Source: Lingula anatina
Taxonomy: Eukaryota; Animalia; Brachiopoda
Assembly (NCBI GenBank): GCA_051362555.1
Contig: CM120646.1
Span: 13,454,001-13,518,000 of the forward strand
DNA: 64,000 nucleotides
Reading direction: 5' to 3'
Part shown: positions 25,159 through 36,780 of the stretch, one piece after another
Layout: every line of letters starts with the position of its first letter
Numbering within the stretch: the first letter of the stretch is position 1
The notes under the pieces: model-generated
Told to the model about the DNA's origin: nothing
Database searches by the model: none
What the model saw: the letters and a program-made list of their open reading frames with translations, nothing else
Made by a program: the position numbers and the translations under genes

Positions 25159-27635
25159 CTAGCCACTTTGGGAGTCTCTGATACAGGACTTCGGCCCCTC
25201 TGCAAAATGACCTTTCTTTGCAACCAAGGCTCTTGTTTTCTTAAGTTTGTAGCAGAAGCACCAGAAATTCTTCCTGTATTCTTTAAACTTGATGTCCACC
25301 TTGTAGAACAACTTGTTGCCATCAGGCCCAGGTTTACCATCTGTATACATAGTATTATATCTATAAAAGACAATAAATTCTCAATCATCGTGAAAATTAA
25401 GTTTCGAGGAACACAACTAAGGAATTTAACGCTTCCTGCAATTGCCCTTATGGCCCCTGCAATTGGCAGCCGTTGTCTAAAAGTGATGCAAATATATTTA
25501 AGTTATGATCTCATGCGACTCAGTATTTTCAAATAAAACATAACAACAGAAACTGAGAAATGCCAAAAGTTTAAAAAGACTGAAGACATTTTTGTTAGAT
25601 GATAATATCAATCACAAAATCAAATTCAAGGTTCTTCATAATTCTTACTAGTTCGGTCTTAATGGTTTTGTGTAAGTGACACCAAGGCGCAGGTGTAGCG
25701 CGACTTTCTAACAATAAATTATAGCCTTATTATACATTGATGTCTATTGTAAGTACACTTGGGAGAAGCGCATTTGTAAAGTATCACTTGCATATGTATT
25801 GTACTCACTTTCTGCGAAGGGATGGGTTATTTCTCGGCTTAGTGCAGTCGTATCTAAGGAAAAGATCAAACTCCAACTTGGCTTTTCCCAGACCAATGCC
25901 TATCAGAGATGCTTTGGCGAGCGTTGTGGTGGACTTTATCTGTATCACCCCTTCCTTTTCCCTGCTATCTATGGGAATTATGATTGGGTTTACTTTGATC
26001 TGCTCAAAAACAAAATAATAGTAATAATAAAATAACAAATAAAATAAAATGGAACCATAAACAAATGTATGCGTATATTAAGCTATAATGATAAAATCGA
26101 TACTAACAATATGCTTAAACGATGAATTTTATATAGTATAGCAAATGGTGTAAAGGTAACAAATCTCGTTCATTTAACTTTATCTTCATGATGAATGTGT
26201 CGATATTCAATATGTAAAAAATGGTTTAGATTGTTTGTTATTAAACACTGACGTTGCTAAGTTAGCCTTTTTAAGATTATTCCCCTATACGATAACACAA
26301 ATTAAATAAAATAAAGAATGAGTAAAAAAAAACAAAACAAAACAAAACAAAACTCGCCTTTAGCAATTTAGCCCACCAGGGTAAATTGAACTTGGCGTCC
26401 AGATCGATTCGAACTTTCCACGGGTTCTTACACAGGGTAAACTTGGCCCTAGGGTTGCGGATTACTTTAGACTGGAGTTGGGGGATGCTACAGTAAGAAG
26501 GACTGCTACAGCAGTTGCCAGTGCACCTTGTAGGGAGACAGGTCAACAGCTGGGTGACTTTGTCCAAGGCTCCGAGTGCACCCGATACGGAGTCGGGCAC
26601 GGTCTTTGTGTTCAAGAGCTTCCCCAAATGCTGTCCAATTGTTTGTACGTCGATGAAGCGTTTTTGCCGCGCTGCAAGGAAACAGGATACAAAATATAAC
26701 GTACATATGGCAATTATACCTGAGCCACCACGATCACTGTTTAACGCCGATTTAATGACACCATTTAGTACTCCAAAAAACTGCCAGTGATTATTCTAAA
26801 AAGTCTTAGTTCAGATTTTAGCGTTGATCAAGCAAAATGATGCCTTGGTTTTATGACAATCTGAAATTAGGGGCTCATAACTCCATATCAAAAACATTTA
26901 AACCAAAATGGCGGGATAGGATTGTATTCCATACACTCGAGGTCGCCTCTTCCAATTTTTGTGACAAAATCTTGTTTAGGGATGAAGCTACGCCCCATAC
27001 CGTTTGCTATCTCACCTCAAAATAGAAAGGTGTTAAATTACAGCTTTGGGTTGCCTATGCATATACATTGCAACGAACACATATACACGCCGATATTTAA
27101 TATTTTTGATGTTTTTTATTGTTTTAAATCAGCACAAAGATAGATGTATTATTGAATAATTAGATACAGGAAAATTCATTTTCGGTATCTGGATGATAAT
27201 AAAGTGTTGCAATATCCTTAATCAGATCGCCATGGTAAAGCGTGATCTGTACAGTCATAAAATTATCAAATTTCATTTATCTAAGAAGTGGGTGTGCGTG
27301 TGAGTGTGCATCCATGTTTGTTTGTGCTTATGCTTGTTCGCGCGCGTGATGAATGCACTTCTTGATTAACGAAATGTGAAATTAGAAATATAAAACTACT
27401 CACCGAGAATAATGTCAGAATGGGAAGCCGCGTCATTCGAGCCTTAGAAAATAAATAAAAGAAAAGACATTTGAATGCAATTGCTTTGGAGTACCTTAAC
27501 AATGAGATGTTTTACGGGTGAGTTTAACTATAATATTTGATTATTGTTAAGGCGCTTAAACCTACCTTGTTCTACATGGCCTCTTGAGACAGAGAGAAAA
27601 CAAAGCACTGCCACAATTATTCGTGCTACAGCCAT
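25159..27635 (-). CDS. Uncharacterised secreted Cys-containing, Lys-rich protein, 4 exons, 258 aa
   Basis: Exons 27635-27566 (MAVARIIVAVLCFLSVSRGHVEQ, signal peptide), 26671-26358 (ARQKR/FIDVQTIGQHLGKLLNT...CLPTRCTGNCCSSPSYC...WWAKLLK), 25999-25809 and 25360-25159 (…NFWCFCYKLKK…KSCIRDSQSG*). All phases join into one frame. Intron 2 uses a GC donor (AAG/GCGAGT). Confidence 0.8.
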
Positions 27636-27705
27636 TCTGGACAACAGCAGATACCAACTAATGGAAAACATAAAAAGAAAACGCAAATGTAAGATCTTTC
27701 AATAT

Positions 27706-27890
27706 AGAGCGAATGAGAACAGAGGACAAACAGAGCAGCGGATCAAATATGGCGACCCACCAATAAGCTTGCCGCTTAATTCTCCTTTAGACAGTGAAAA
27801 GATTCCCCGCGGGGATTACGTAACAAGCATTCAACTATGTCGGCCATATTTGATCCGCGGATATGTCAGTCCTCTGTTTTGAATGCGTTC
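27706..27890. mobile_element. Hairpin MITE, same family, opposite orientation, just upstream of the gene 3 ATG
   Basis: Reverse-complement match to the 14949 copy (GGATCAAATATGGCGACCCA...AAGCTTGCCGCTTAATT...CCCCGCGGGGATTACG). Confidence 0.8.
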
Positions 27891-28662
27891 ATAGAAAGAC
27901 AAATACTAATCTATGGAGATCTCTTGCAAAGTTTTTTCGTCCCGGCTAATGCTACATGTAAGGGAGAATAAATTTCAGAAATAAACATCTGTGCGAAAAG
28001 CAGCCCGTAACTGACTGTAATAAAGGTTTTCATTTGAAGTGGTTAAAACTACTTCCTTACCTGTGCAATGTTGAACTTGAGTGATGTTTGGCAATGGGGT
28101 CTTTAAGGAAGATGATTCTCCTTCCTTTAAGAAACGGGTGTATTTATAGCTTTTACAGTGAGATTCAAGACAGCTTACTGAAATGGAAAATTCTAGGATT
28201 TCCAAGTAGAAAGCGATACCATCTTTCTTGGTATTTTCCTTTGTGACAACCGTTATCACCCCGACGAGGAATTTTGTTACTGAAACATGTGTATTTGTCA
28301 AAAATATCTGTCGAGAATATGATACAAGTAGTTGAAAAATGTAAATAAATATTCGTACAGATGAGAGGTCGGGTTTAACAGGTAATAGTCAGGCGGCTTT
28401 ACAGCTGAAATGATGAAATGAAAGATTTCCAAGCAAAATAAAAGATCTCAGTTTCCTTGGTATTTCCTGTTGTGATAGCTGCTATCTTAAACCCCTTTCC
28501 GATACCTAGATCGATCTAACACGATCGATCCATCTCCAAGGGGTTTCTCGCTTATAAGATTTAAGATTTTAAGCTTAAGATTTAAGATTTTAAGTTGAAG
28601 AATATTTTTCAGAAAATCTCTTGGAAGAAAACAAGTTTGAGGGCAAATGTGGTGTCGCATGG

Positions 28663-29112
28663 CAGGGCCGTAGCCTGAGCAAAATGCCAGGGGGGGCAGT
28701 AAGCGGACACGAGGGGGCACAGCCCCCGAGGGGGGAGGGTGTGTGGGGGGGTCCCCCTCCCACGGTGTGGAAAATTTTTAAAAACTTTATGTATAATACT
28801 GCATTCTGGTGCATTTTAACTGTTATTTATTGCTCAATCATAAGTCATAAATTGTGGGTTCATTTTGCCATAGGTACAGTCATCTTTTCAACACAACATG
28901 CCAATTGGACTTCATTTCGTAGATTGTCTAAAAACAGTACACCTTTGTAAAGAGATTGTTGAATGATTGTCCAGTGGCCATGAGTGCATTTTCTCACAGA
29001 ATTGATACCAACTTTGCAATTATTTTTATTCACCTTTGCGATAATTTTTTTGCACCTCAAATCCCAGGGGGGGGCAGCTGCCCCCCCTGCCCCCCCGGAG
29101 GCTACGGCCCTG
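28663..29112. mobile_element. CAGGGCCGTAGCC-terminated non-autonomous DNA transposon (hAT-like termini) with 5-bp TSD CATGG
   Basis: TIR CAGGGCCGTAGCC / GGCTACGGCCCTG, G/C-run subterminal regions, CATGG at 28658-28662 and 29113-29117. Confidence 0.85.
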
Positions 29113-30214
29113 CATGGCTGGATATTAATTGTCAAATCAAAAATGACATCTTTAATACTAAGCACTGGTTTAAAATACTGTTGTGTTAGAATAAGATTTT
29201 GCAAATTTCGGGTCGAATGCTTTTCTTATCAAATATCTTGATATCACTACGTATGGGGCACCAACGACGTCAAAACTGGCAGTAGGATCGAGTTATGCAG
29301 TTTTCCTGTCACTCAGCTAGAGAGTCTGTTTTCAAATCTGTCAGTCAGCTAGTGGATCTGTTTTTCAGGCCAATTAACTGCCCAGGGCGTGGGTTTAAGC
29401 TGATCACAGGAGATGATTTGCATTTAATAATCTGCTGAGCTTCTTAGTATTTCAGATATCGTCTTATAGACCGGATATCCATGATTACAACAGAGATAAA
29501 AAACATTAAGTAACGGAACTCATGGAATCTTGTTGATTAATTCAAGAAGCAAATAATATTTTGTAGAGCTTAGCATTGTAATATTTCATAATAATGTCAC
29601 ACATATCCGTGGTAGTAATAATAAGTCACACGCATCTAGTAGAAAGGATCACAAGTCTAATTAATATCTGCACGAAAAAAAAAACAGATGAGTCAAATAT
29701 TCACTTTTTTAGGAATATTGCCCAAAATAAGTCTAGTACCAATAAGTCAAATATTTTTTCACGCAATTTAAATCTTGTAGTAGGTCTATGAACAAAGTCA
29801 TAAAAATCAGAGTCAAACTCGAAGCCAAAGTTTACATGATAAATACAACATACTGCCTTGATTGGTCTCGCTGTCAACTACACCACCATGTCGCCAATCA
29901 TTCACATTTTTATCTTATTCAGACTTGATATTTAATATGGAATTTTTTCCAAACCGTTTTGTTCTGATTTTTTCCTACTTTTTCCACTTAAAATTGAAAA
30001 CAAGGATTTACATCTTGTTTTGATGATTTTTAATAATCTATTCAATGTAATTGTGACATCAGCTCTTTCATTGACTTCACCTAATTAAGCAAACAAAAAC
30101 ACGACTGATTCAAAGTCATACAACAACCATTAAAAACGTTATTTTAATCTCCATTTTTTTTTTTCGAAATTATCGGCTGTGAAAAAGTAACGCAACTAAG
30201 TAACTAGTCACAGC

Positions 30215-30900
30215 AACAGTCGCTGTTACGTCTGACCTCATCTGGCTGCTACCAGGGCTCTTAATCGACGAGGCATTCTTTGGGATAGGTATTTAGTGTT
30301 TAATCTGGAATGAAATTCCTAAAAACTTCTCCAATTTGGTTCAGTTTTGTTGTAGGGCATGTAGACCGTTGATTCAGCGAGTAATGACCTACCCAAATAT
30401 TGTCTATGTGGTTCAAATATGGCGATTTTGATGACCAAGGTAGCTGCTCATTAATTTGGTTCTGCAAGTTATCTGGTATGAACAGTGCTCTGTGTGAACC
30501 GACAATCTCATCGTGCAACCTAAAATTATCCTAAGGTAACCCCCCATCAAATGATAGTCAAGTGGCTCCCAGATTATTCCTTTATTTGATGTGGTTCAGG
30601 TTTTCATCGATGAATACCATTGATGTTTTGGCACCAATGTGGCATCCACTCCAAATACTGACACTGTGAATGACCCTAGTCACTTAAGACGCGGCACACG
30701 CTTCGTCGTACGCCTCTTCAGGATGTCTGTAAACTTTTATTTGACTAGTTGAGCGGTACAAGTGAAATCCGACCTCAATTAAAAAGACACGCGGTTTCAG
30801 GGGTCCAGAAACGGTCATGGTCCCCAATTCATTAAAGAAACAGACGGCGCTGTTTTGCTGATTACAGTGGCTTCCTCAGAGGTCGTCTGGTATCCTAACC
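30215..30900 (-). mobile_element. Degenerate Tc1-like transposase relic
   Basis: Minus-strand LPWSSKSPYLNHIDNIW (cf. WPSxSPDLNPIENxW), followed by MPRRLRALVAAR. Upstream FHLYRS..KVYRHPEEAYDEAC resembles the first catalytic-Asp region. Confidence 0.75.
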
Positions 30901-30934
30901 TTCTTAAACCAGTTTGAGTAAAGAACTTTGAACC

Positions 30935-31020
30935 ATAGGCGGTCTTGCTTTCATGTAGGACCTGCCATATTTGATCCGCGGACCAGTAGATCCGAGGACC
31001 ATCTGTTGTGAATGCAACCT
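30935..31020. mobile_element. Right half of the hairpin MITE subfamily seen at 3188
   Basis: CTTTCATGTAGGACCTGCCATATTTGATCCGCGGA...CATCTGTTGTGAATGC. Confidence 0.65.
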
Positions 31021-31176
31021 TATATGCATATATATTTTTGTTCTTTTTTAGTTGATCTACATAGATGCATTGTTCACCAGAATTTATTAATTTGAATTAA
31101 AAGATCAAGACTGTGATTATTGTATGAATCTTCAGAATGAAGGGTTATGTTACTTTAATCTGGGGGCGGCGTGGTC

Positions 31177-33240
31177 GACATTGTAGCCCCCATTACGTTG
31201 GTTGAATTGGTGTCACGTTATGCCATATTACACTGCTGTAGCAGTTTAACTGCTCTTAGACAATTTGCTCAATGTACAAGTGTTGTTGACTCCATTAGTT
31301 CGCAGTACATCAGTTAGCACACTAACGAGGTACTTTGTTACACTCTACCAGAGCCACAGATTGATTTTTCACAAGACATTCACAGATATGTCTTTAGATA
31401 AATAGACAGTCATTTGATGGCTTTTTGAAAAATTAACTATAAAATCTGCCACCCTGGAAGAGGATAGCATCTTGTTACTATTACATGTGTATTTGTCAAA
31501 AAAGCTCTGCAGAAAATATGATCGCTGAAAATGTAAATTAATATTCGCACATATGAGAGGTCGGGTTAAACAGGTAATAGTCAGGCGGTTTTACAACTAA
31601 AATGATATAATGAAAGGTTTCCAAGCAAAGTAAAAGATCTCAGTTTCCTGTGCATTATCCATTTATCTTAAATCTAAAGTCCAATGGCGTTCAATCGCCT
31701 TTACAACATGAATGAAGAATATAAAATACAAGTAGACGATTCTGAATGCACTGTAGACGTTTGACTTTTCATTGGGGACATCCGTGCAGAAGAGAATTAC
31801 AGGACTGAGTCGAGATGCTACAAGGACACTATATCATTATCGGAAAAGGAGACATAAGCTGATTTCCCTATGACACGATGTTTGTGATATGATGCACGCA
31901 TGATTTTGAAAAAGTAGGGCATTTTTGTCTATAAACATAGGGTTGATGGTTGAAGCAATGGCAGGGTGATTTTAAGTTTTATAATAAAGTAGGTGTGAGG
32001 GAATCATTCATATAACATGTGTATTTGTCAAAAAGCTCTGCCGAGAATATGATCGCTGAAAATGTAAATAGATATTTGTACAGACGAGAGGTCGGGTTGA
32101 CAAATGTCAGATTTCCAAGTAATTTAAAAGATCTCAGGTTTTTGTATATTTCCTCTTGTGACAGCTGCTATCGTAACCAGCAACGTTTAATGTAACTCTA
32201 TGTTGAATCCGTTCTGATACCACACATGTCATTTTTAAATAAAATAATGATTTCTGTCTCCATTGATATTAATTCGCAGCTCTCAAAACCAAAGGCCATG
32301 TCCGCACATTTCACTTCATTAATTAACACGTCCGAACCACGCCTTTTATTTTCGCACCTATGGTGCATTCGATCATCACCCCCTAAGCCTGCCTCAAATA
32401 TGAGGACATACTCTCTGAGCAAACAACACCATTTTTAAATTAAGTATAAAAAACTAGCCATCAAACGCAAAGAAGGAGAGTGCATTATTACTATTATTAT
32501 CCATTTATCTTAAATCTGAAGTCGAATGGAATTCAATAGACATTACAACATGAATGAAGAATATAAAATACATGTAAACGAAAGGGGGGAAAGACCAATT
32601 GTTCTGAATTTGTTACAGACGTTTGACTTTATCTTGAGGACATCCGTGGAGAAGATAATTACAGTAATGGAGTCGGGATTTGAAAAGGACTTTATATCAT
32701 TATCGGAAGATTAGGCATTATGTAATTTCCCAATGACACGATGTTGCTGATGTGATTCATGCATGGTTTAAAAAGTAGGATATATGTTTGTCCATAGACA
32801 GAGAGTTGTTTGCATAGATTTTAACATTAGAAGAAATGTAGGCGTCAAAACACCAGTTGTCTTTCCTATCTCCCCAAGGGTATATGGTTGGAGGGAACGC
32901 CAAGGGCAGGATGACCTAGAGTCTAAAGATGAAGTGGGTGTAACTTACACCCACTGTGAGGGAATAATCCGACTGTACACGAAAGGATGGCTAGCATTTA
33001 CTTAGCTTGCTAGTAGAGTTGCCAGAAGGCTTACCCTGCAATGTTCTTTCTTGTAAGCTTTTTTTTGCAGAAAAACATTCCTTGTGGATAAAGATATAAA
33101 ATTAGCTTGGTTGGTACTTCCGACACATTGGACATTTTTCAATATCGACATTGTAGCCCCATTACTTTGCTGTGACGCTATTCTATGCACTGCTGTTATA
33201 ACTGCTGTTAGATAATTTGCTTCATTAACACAAGTATTGT
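31177..33240. repeat. Degenerate local duplication mosaic (blocks A, B, C)
   Basis: Block A (ACATGTGTATTTGTCAAAAA...GAGAGGTCGGGTT...AAAAGATCTCAG) at ~28285, ~31483 and ~32015. Block B (TATCCATTTATCTTAAATCT...TTACAACATGAATGAAGAATATAAAATACA) at ~31657 and ~32498. Block C (CGACATTGTAGCCCC) at ~31177 and ~33146. Confidence 0.8.
33025..33150. mobile_element. Diverged fragment of the long-TIR element (matches ~16932-17045)
   Basis: ACCCTGCAATGTTCTTTC...AAAATTAGCTTGGTTG...CATTTTTCAATAT shared. Confidence 0.7.
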
Positions 33241-33485
33241 TATTTCCTCTACTTACCTCATATGTTTAAACCGCACGCACGTTATAACGTCTCTCTTAAT
33301 GTAGTTGTTGATTAATTCATACCCGTCAATCTCTATTTAAATCACGAAATATTCCTAGTTTACTGCTATTAAGTTTAAATTAAAATCCCATCAAAAAATA
33401 GAGATTAAAATTAAATGATGTTAAAATAAAAACTAGTTGATGAAAATGCATGTCACTATTTCACGTTTCACTTCGTTCATCTTAT

Positions 33486-33486
33486 T

Positions 33487-33537
<51 letters not shown>

Positions 33538-33540
33538 TTT
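33486..33540. repeat. (TTTA)n microsatellite
   Basis: Direct reading. Confidence 0.9.
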
Positions 33541-35242
33541 TTTGTAAATATTTTTATAAGCCACGCATTATTATTATAAAATAGTTTGATAACTCGTAAA
33601 GAGTTGGGTAAGAACAATGACATAATGACACAATCACATAAAATTGTTTTAAAAAAAAGTTGATGTTGGATATTGAAAATAAATAGAAAATTCCATTATA
33701 TAATTCCAAAGAAACTTTTTTAAGAATGCAGTTTTATTTCAAAAAACCCATTTTCCGAGTATGCACAACGTTGCATCTTTTGGAAATGTGCCTAGAGAAA
33801 ATGCAGATGTAATAGATACACGAAACAAGACAGAAACCTGACAAGCAGAGAGTGAGCTGTACAGTTATATGTGCGAATGGTGTCTACTGTGCTCTTTTCT
33901 TTTCGTGCACTCTCGGAACAGTTCAATAGGGGTGTTCCATAACATTCGGGTGGAACGTTGAAAGCGATTTTTTTAATGATACCTTCACAGTTTAAGTTTG
34001 GCAAGAATACAGATTTTGATGAAATGCACAGGATTGACGGTTGTTCAGTAGGGAAGGAATTTCACCTGAATCTGTGTCTATTGATGCTTTAACAGATTCC
34101 GAATTTTCGTTTCTCTAATCTCTTCCAGTAATTGCCCCTTCTTGTTTTGTTAAAATCAGTAAGATAATTTGTTCAGTGGTGCTTCATACTGACTACACGC
34201 TATGTGATGCTATTACATGTAGCCTATAACGCTAACGCATACAAACCGATGAGTAGTGAATTTAGTTTTTCGTGTTGCAGGTAATAAAGCTTATTTCCCG
34301 ATGAACAAGGGAAAAGTGGCCTTGGAGTAAGTAATATTGAATTATATTAAAGTTTCCAGCCTTTATTTCAAAGCAACGTGTTTGAGAAGCAATTATTTGT
34401 CGACGGACAAGGAATTTTATCCTTATTATAGATAGACAAGCAAAAGAAAAAATTGGTCTTTTTCATAAAAAATCCACACTGACACCTTGTCGACGTTTTA
34501 GTTACTTTTGTTCAAGAAAATGTTTCGAACCTCCAATTTTATGTGTTTTTGTTTAAAGGTTTTTAAACATTTAAAAATGTCACATTTTAGAGATGTTTCA
34601 AATTCCGGACATCATACAGGGTTTCCCCCCAAAAAAAAAAAATTAAATCAAATCCTACAAAGGTCCATCAAATTTCTAGAAATTTCATGGACTTAAACTT
34701 CAATTTGTGCGTAATCATTACCCAAAGTTTCAGTTATCTTGGTTGCTTTGCAAGAAGTTATGTTCTTTTATAAATATACTCCAAATGCTGAAGGCTGAAG
34801 TCGTCCCTGATGTCAGCGTTTGAAAATCAAATGCAACAATTAATGAGAATGTCACGCATTGTTATAACTCGATATTTTCCGCACTGTAATAAAGACGTAA
34901 ACAACCCTCCGAACGCTTCGACCTGTTTACACTGAAGGGATTGGCGAAGCCCTCGGTACGATCCAAATAAACCAAGTCTGTGTAAAGACAGCTAAGGTAT
35001 GAAATAGATACATGTCTTTCAGGTGTGTGAAATTAATTACTTTCTTTCAAGTGAGCCCAGAAAGACGATGTTAGACGGTTGTAACACATGCATACAGACT
35101 GGATCCTGGCACGTCTTGCAATGCACTAAAATGTGTAGAGGAGCCTTGCGTGGGTACTATTGATCTTTCGTACGAGCACATGATAATAATGCGATCATAT
35201 AAAATGCAAACGTCGTCACATTTGTGACATTACATATTTAAC

Positions 35243-35244
<2 letters not shown>

Positions 35245-35276
<32 letters not shown>
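35245..35276. repeat. (GA)n microsatellite in the presumptive 5' UTR of the class A GPCR
   Basis: Direct reading. Lies between the acceptor-like tttaacag and the ATG at 35302. Confidence 0.9.
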
Positions 35277-35278
<2 letters not shown>

Positions 35279-35301
35279 AGAGTCTACTGGGTTGTAATAA
35301 C

Positions 35302-36780
35302 ATGGAGAACGCCACGAATATTTCGGAACATTTCCAAGGTGGTGAAAATGGAACACGGTTCAATCCATGCGAACGGTTGTCATTTTGCATTGCGTTTATG
35401 GTAACTGAAGCTATAATTTCTCTTGTGAACATTTTTGCCAACGCCCTTGTCATCGTTTCTTACGCGAAGTTCAAATGGCTACGGTTTCCAACCAACACGA
35501 TTTTTGTAAGTATGTCTGTTGCGGACATTTTATCAGGCCTTCTGATCCCGTACCATTTAGTGGCAAGTTATCTTGTGCACATGTTACCCCATCTGCAGAG
35601 CCTCTTGTACAGTAAGTACTTTTGTATCGGGAAATTGACGACTTATACTGTGATGTGCCTCACCTCGTTGCTCCATCTTACATTTGTGGCAATGGAAAGA
35701 TACCTCAAAATATGCCGGAGTCGCATGATGGCAAGGAAAACGTTAAACACCTGCTTGGTGGGTTGCTGGGTTTACATCATAATCGTGTGCTCTTTGCCGT
35801 ATTTCGGACTCAACTCATGGGCCCCAGGGAAGCAATGCAGAGTCACGGAGGTGACGGGGGTGGCCGTGACCTACATCTATGCTCCCCATATTTTGGGGTG
35901 TTTCATTTTGTCCTGCGGGTGCTACATAGCTATCTTGCGAAAGGTGCGAAAACACGATGTCCAAGTCGATTATCTTTCGGCTTTGCCCCCTGTCCAGCCA
36001 AATCCCACATCACAGGCCGCAGGGGAGAACCCACGGTCTCAACCCTCATTTAAACTGAGAGTTGCTTTCGAAGAAAACTCGGACACTGCAAGCGGGTCGC
36101 CTGAAAGGCCCGAATCTACCGATTTCCAAAAGCAAAATAACGTCGGAAAAAGACGCAGCAGCGATGAAGACCCTGATCAGGAGCCGGAGCTACCTACCAG
36201 AAAAGAACCACTCGAAACAAGGACGCATAATGTCACAGCAGCGCAACGACTAGATGACGTTAAAAAAGATTTCATTCGAACCATTCGGAAAAATATCGCA
36301 TGGGGACATGACGAGCAGAAGGCACAACAGTCGTCTGCATTAGTTAGGAAGTGTAAACCATCTCAATTCAAACCCACGGAAGAAGACCTGGCGGCCGCCG
36401 GTCCCTCTTCATCTCCTACCACCAAGGATGCTAGCAAATCGACAACATTACAACACACAGGAGTACTGGGACCAGCGTCTCAGCGGGCTCCAAGACACCT
36501 GCCCAAAAACGCGAAGAAATTGCAAGTCAAAGTGGCAAAGATGGCATTTGTAGTCTTGGTTGCCTGCTTTGTACTGTGGATGCCGCTGACTGTTATCCAA
36601 GCGTTGCAGAACCGAGGCGTGGATGCCGAGTCTGAGCTGTTCATTATATTTAGAAACATTGCAATGGACCTTGTGGTTCTCAGTTCCACTGTCAATCCGT
36701 TCATTTACGCAATGGGGGACAACAGATACAGGAAAGCCTTCGCCATGTTGTTGCCCTGTAGAATGCAATGTTTTAAATAA
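35302..36780 (+). CDS. Class A (rhodopsin-like) GPCR, intronless CDS, 492 aa, long third intracellular loop
   Basis: Seven hydrophobic segments. TM1 ANALV, TM2 SMSVAD, TM3 ERY, TM6 FVLWMP, TM7 NPFIY. N-terminal NAT/NIS/NGT sequons and Cys in TM3 and ECL2. Ligand cannot be assigned. A splice acceptor (tttaacag, ~35244) just upstream suggests 5' UTR introns. Confidence 0.95.
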   Translation: MENATNISEHFQGGENGTRFNPCERLSFCIAFMVTEAIISLVNIFANALVIVSYAKFKWLRFPTNTIFVSMSVADILSGLLIPYHLVASYLVHMLPHLQSLLYSKYFCIGKLTTYTVMCLTSLLHLTFVAMERYLKICRSRMMARKTLNTCLVGCWVYIIIVCSLPYFGLNSWAPGKQCRVTEVTGVAVTYIYAPHILGCFILSCGCYIAILRKVRKHDVQVDYLSALPPVQPNPTSQAAGENPRSQPSFKLRVAFEENSDTASGSPERPESTDFQKQNNVGKRRSSDEDPDQEPELPTRKEPLETRTHNVTAAQRLDDVKKDFIRTIRKNIAWGHDEQKAQQSSALVRKCKPSQFKPTEEDLAAAGPSSSPTTKDASKSTTLQHTGVLGPASQRAPRHLPKNAKKLQVKVAKMAFVVLVACFVLWMPLTVIQALQNRGVDAESELFIIFRNIAMDLVVLSSTVNPFIYAMGDNRYRKAFAMLLPCRMQCFK

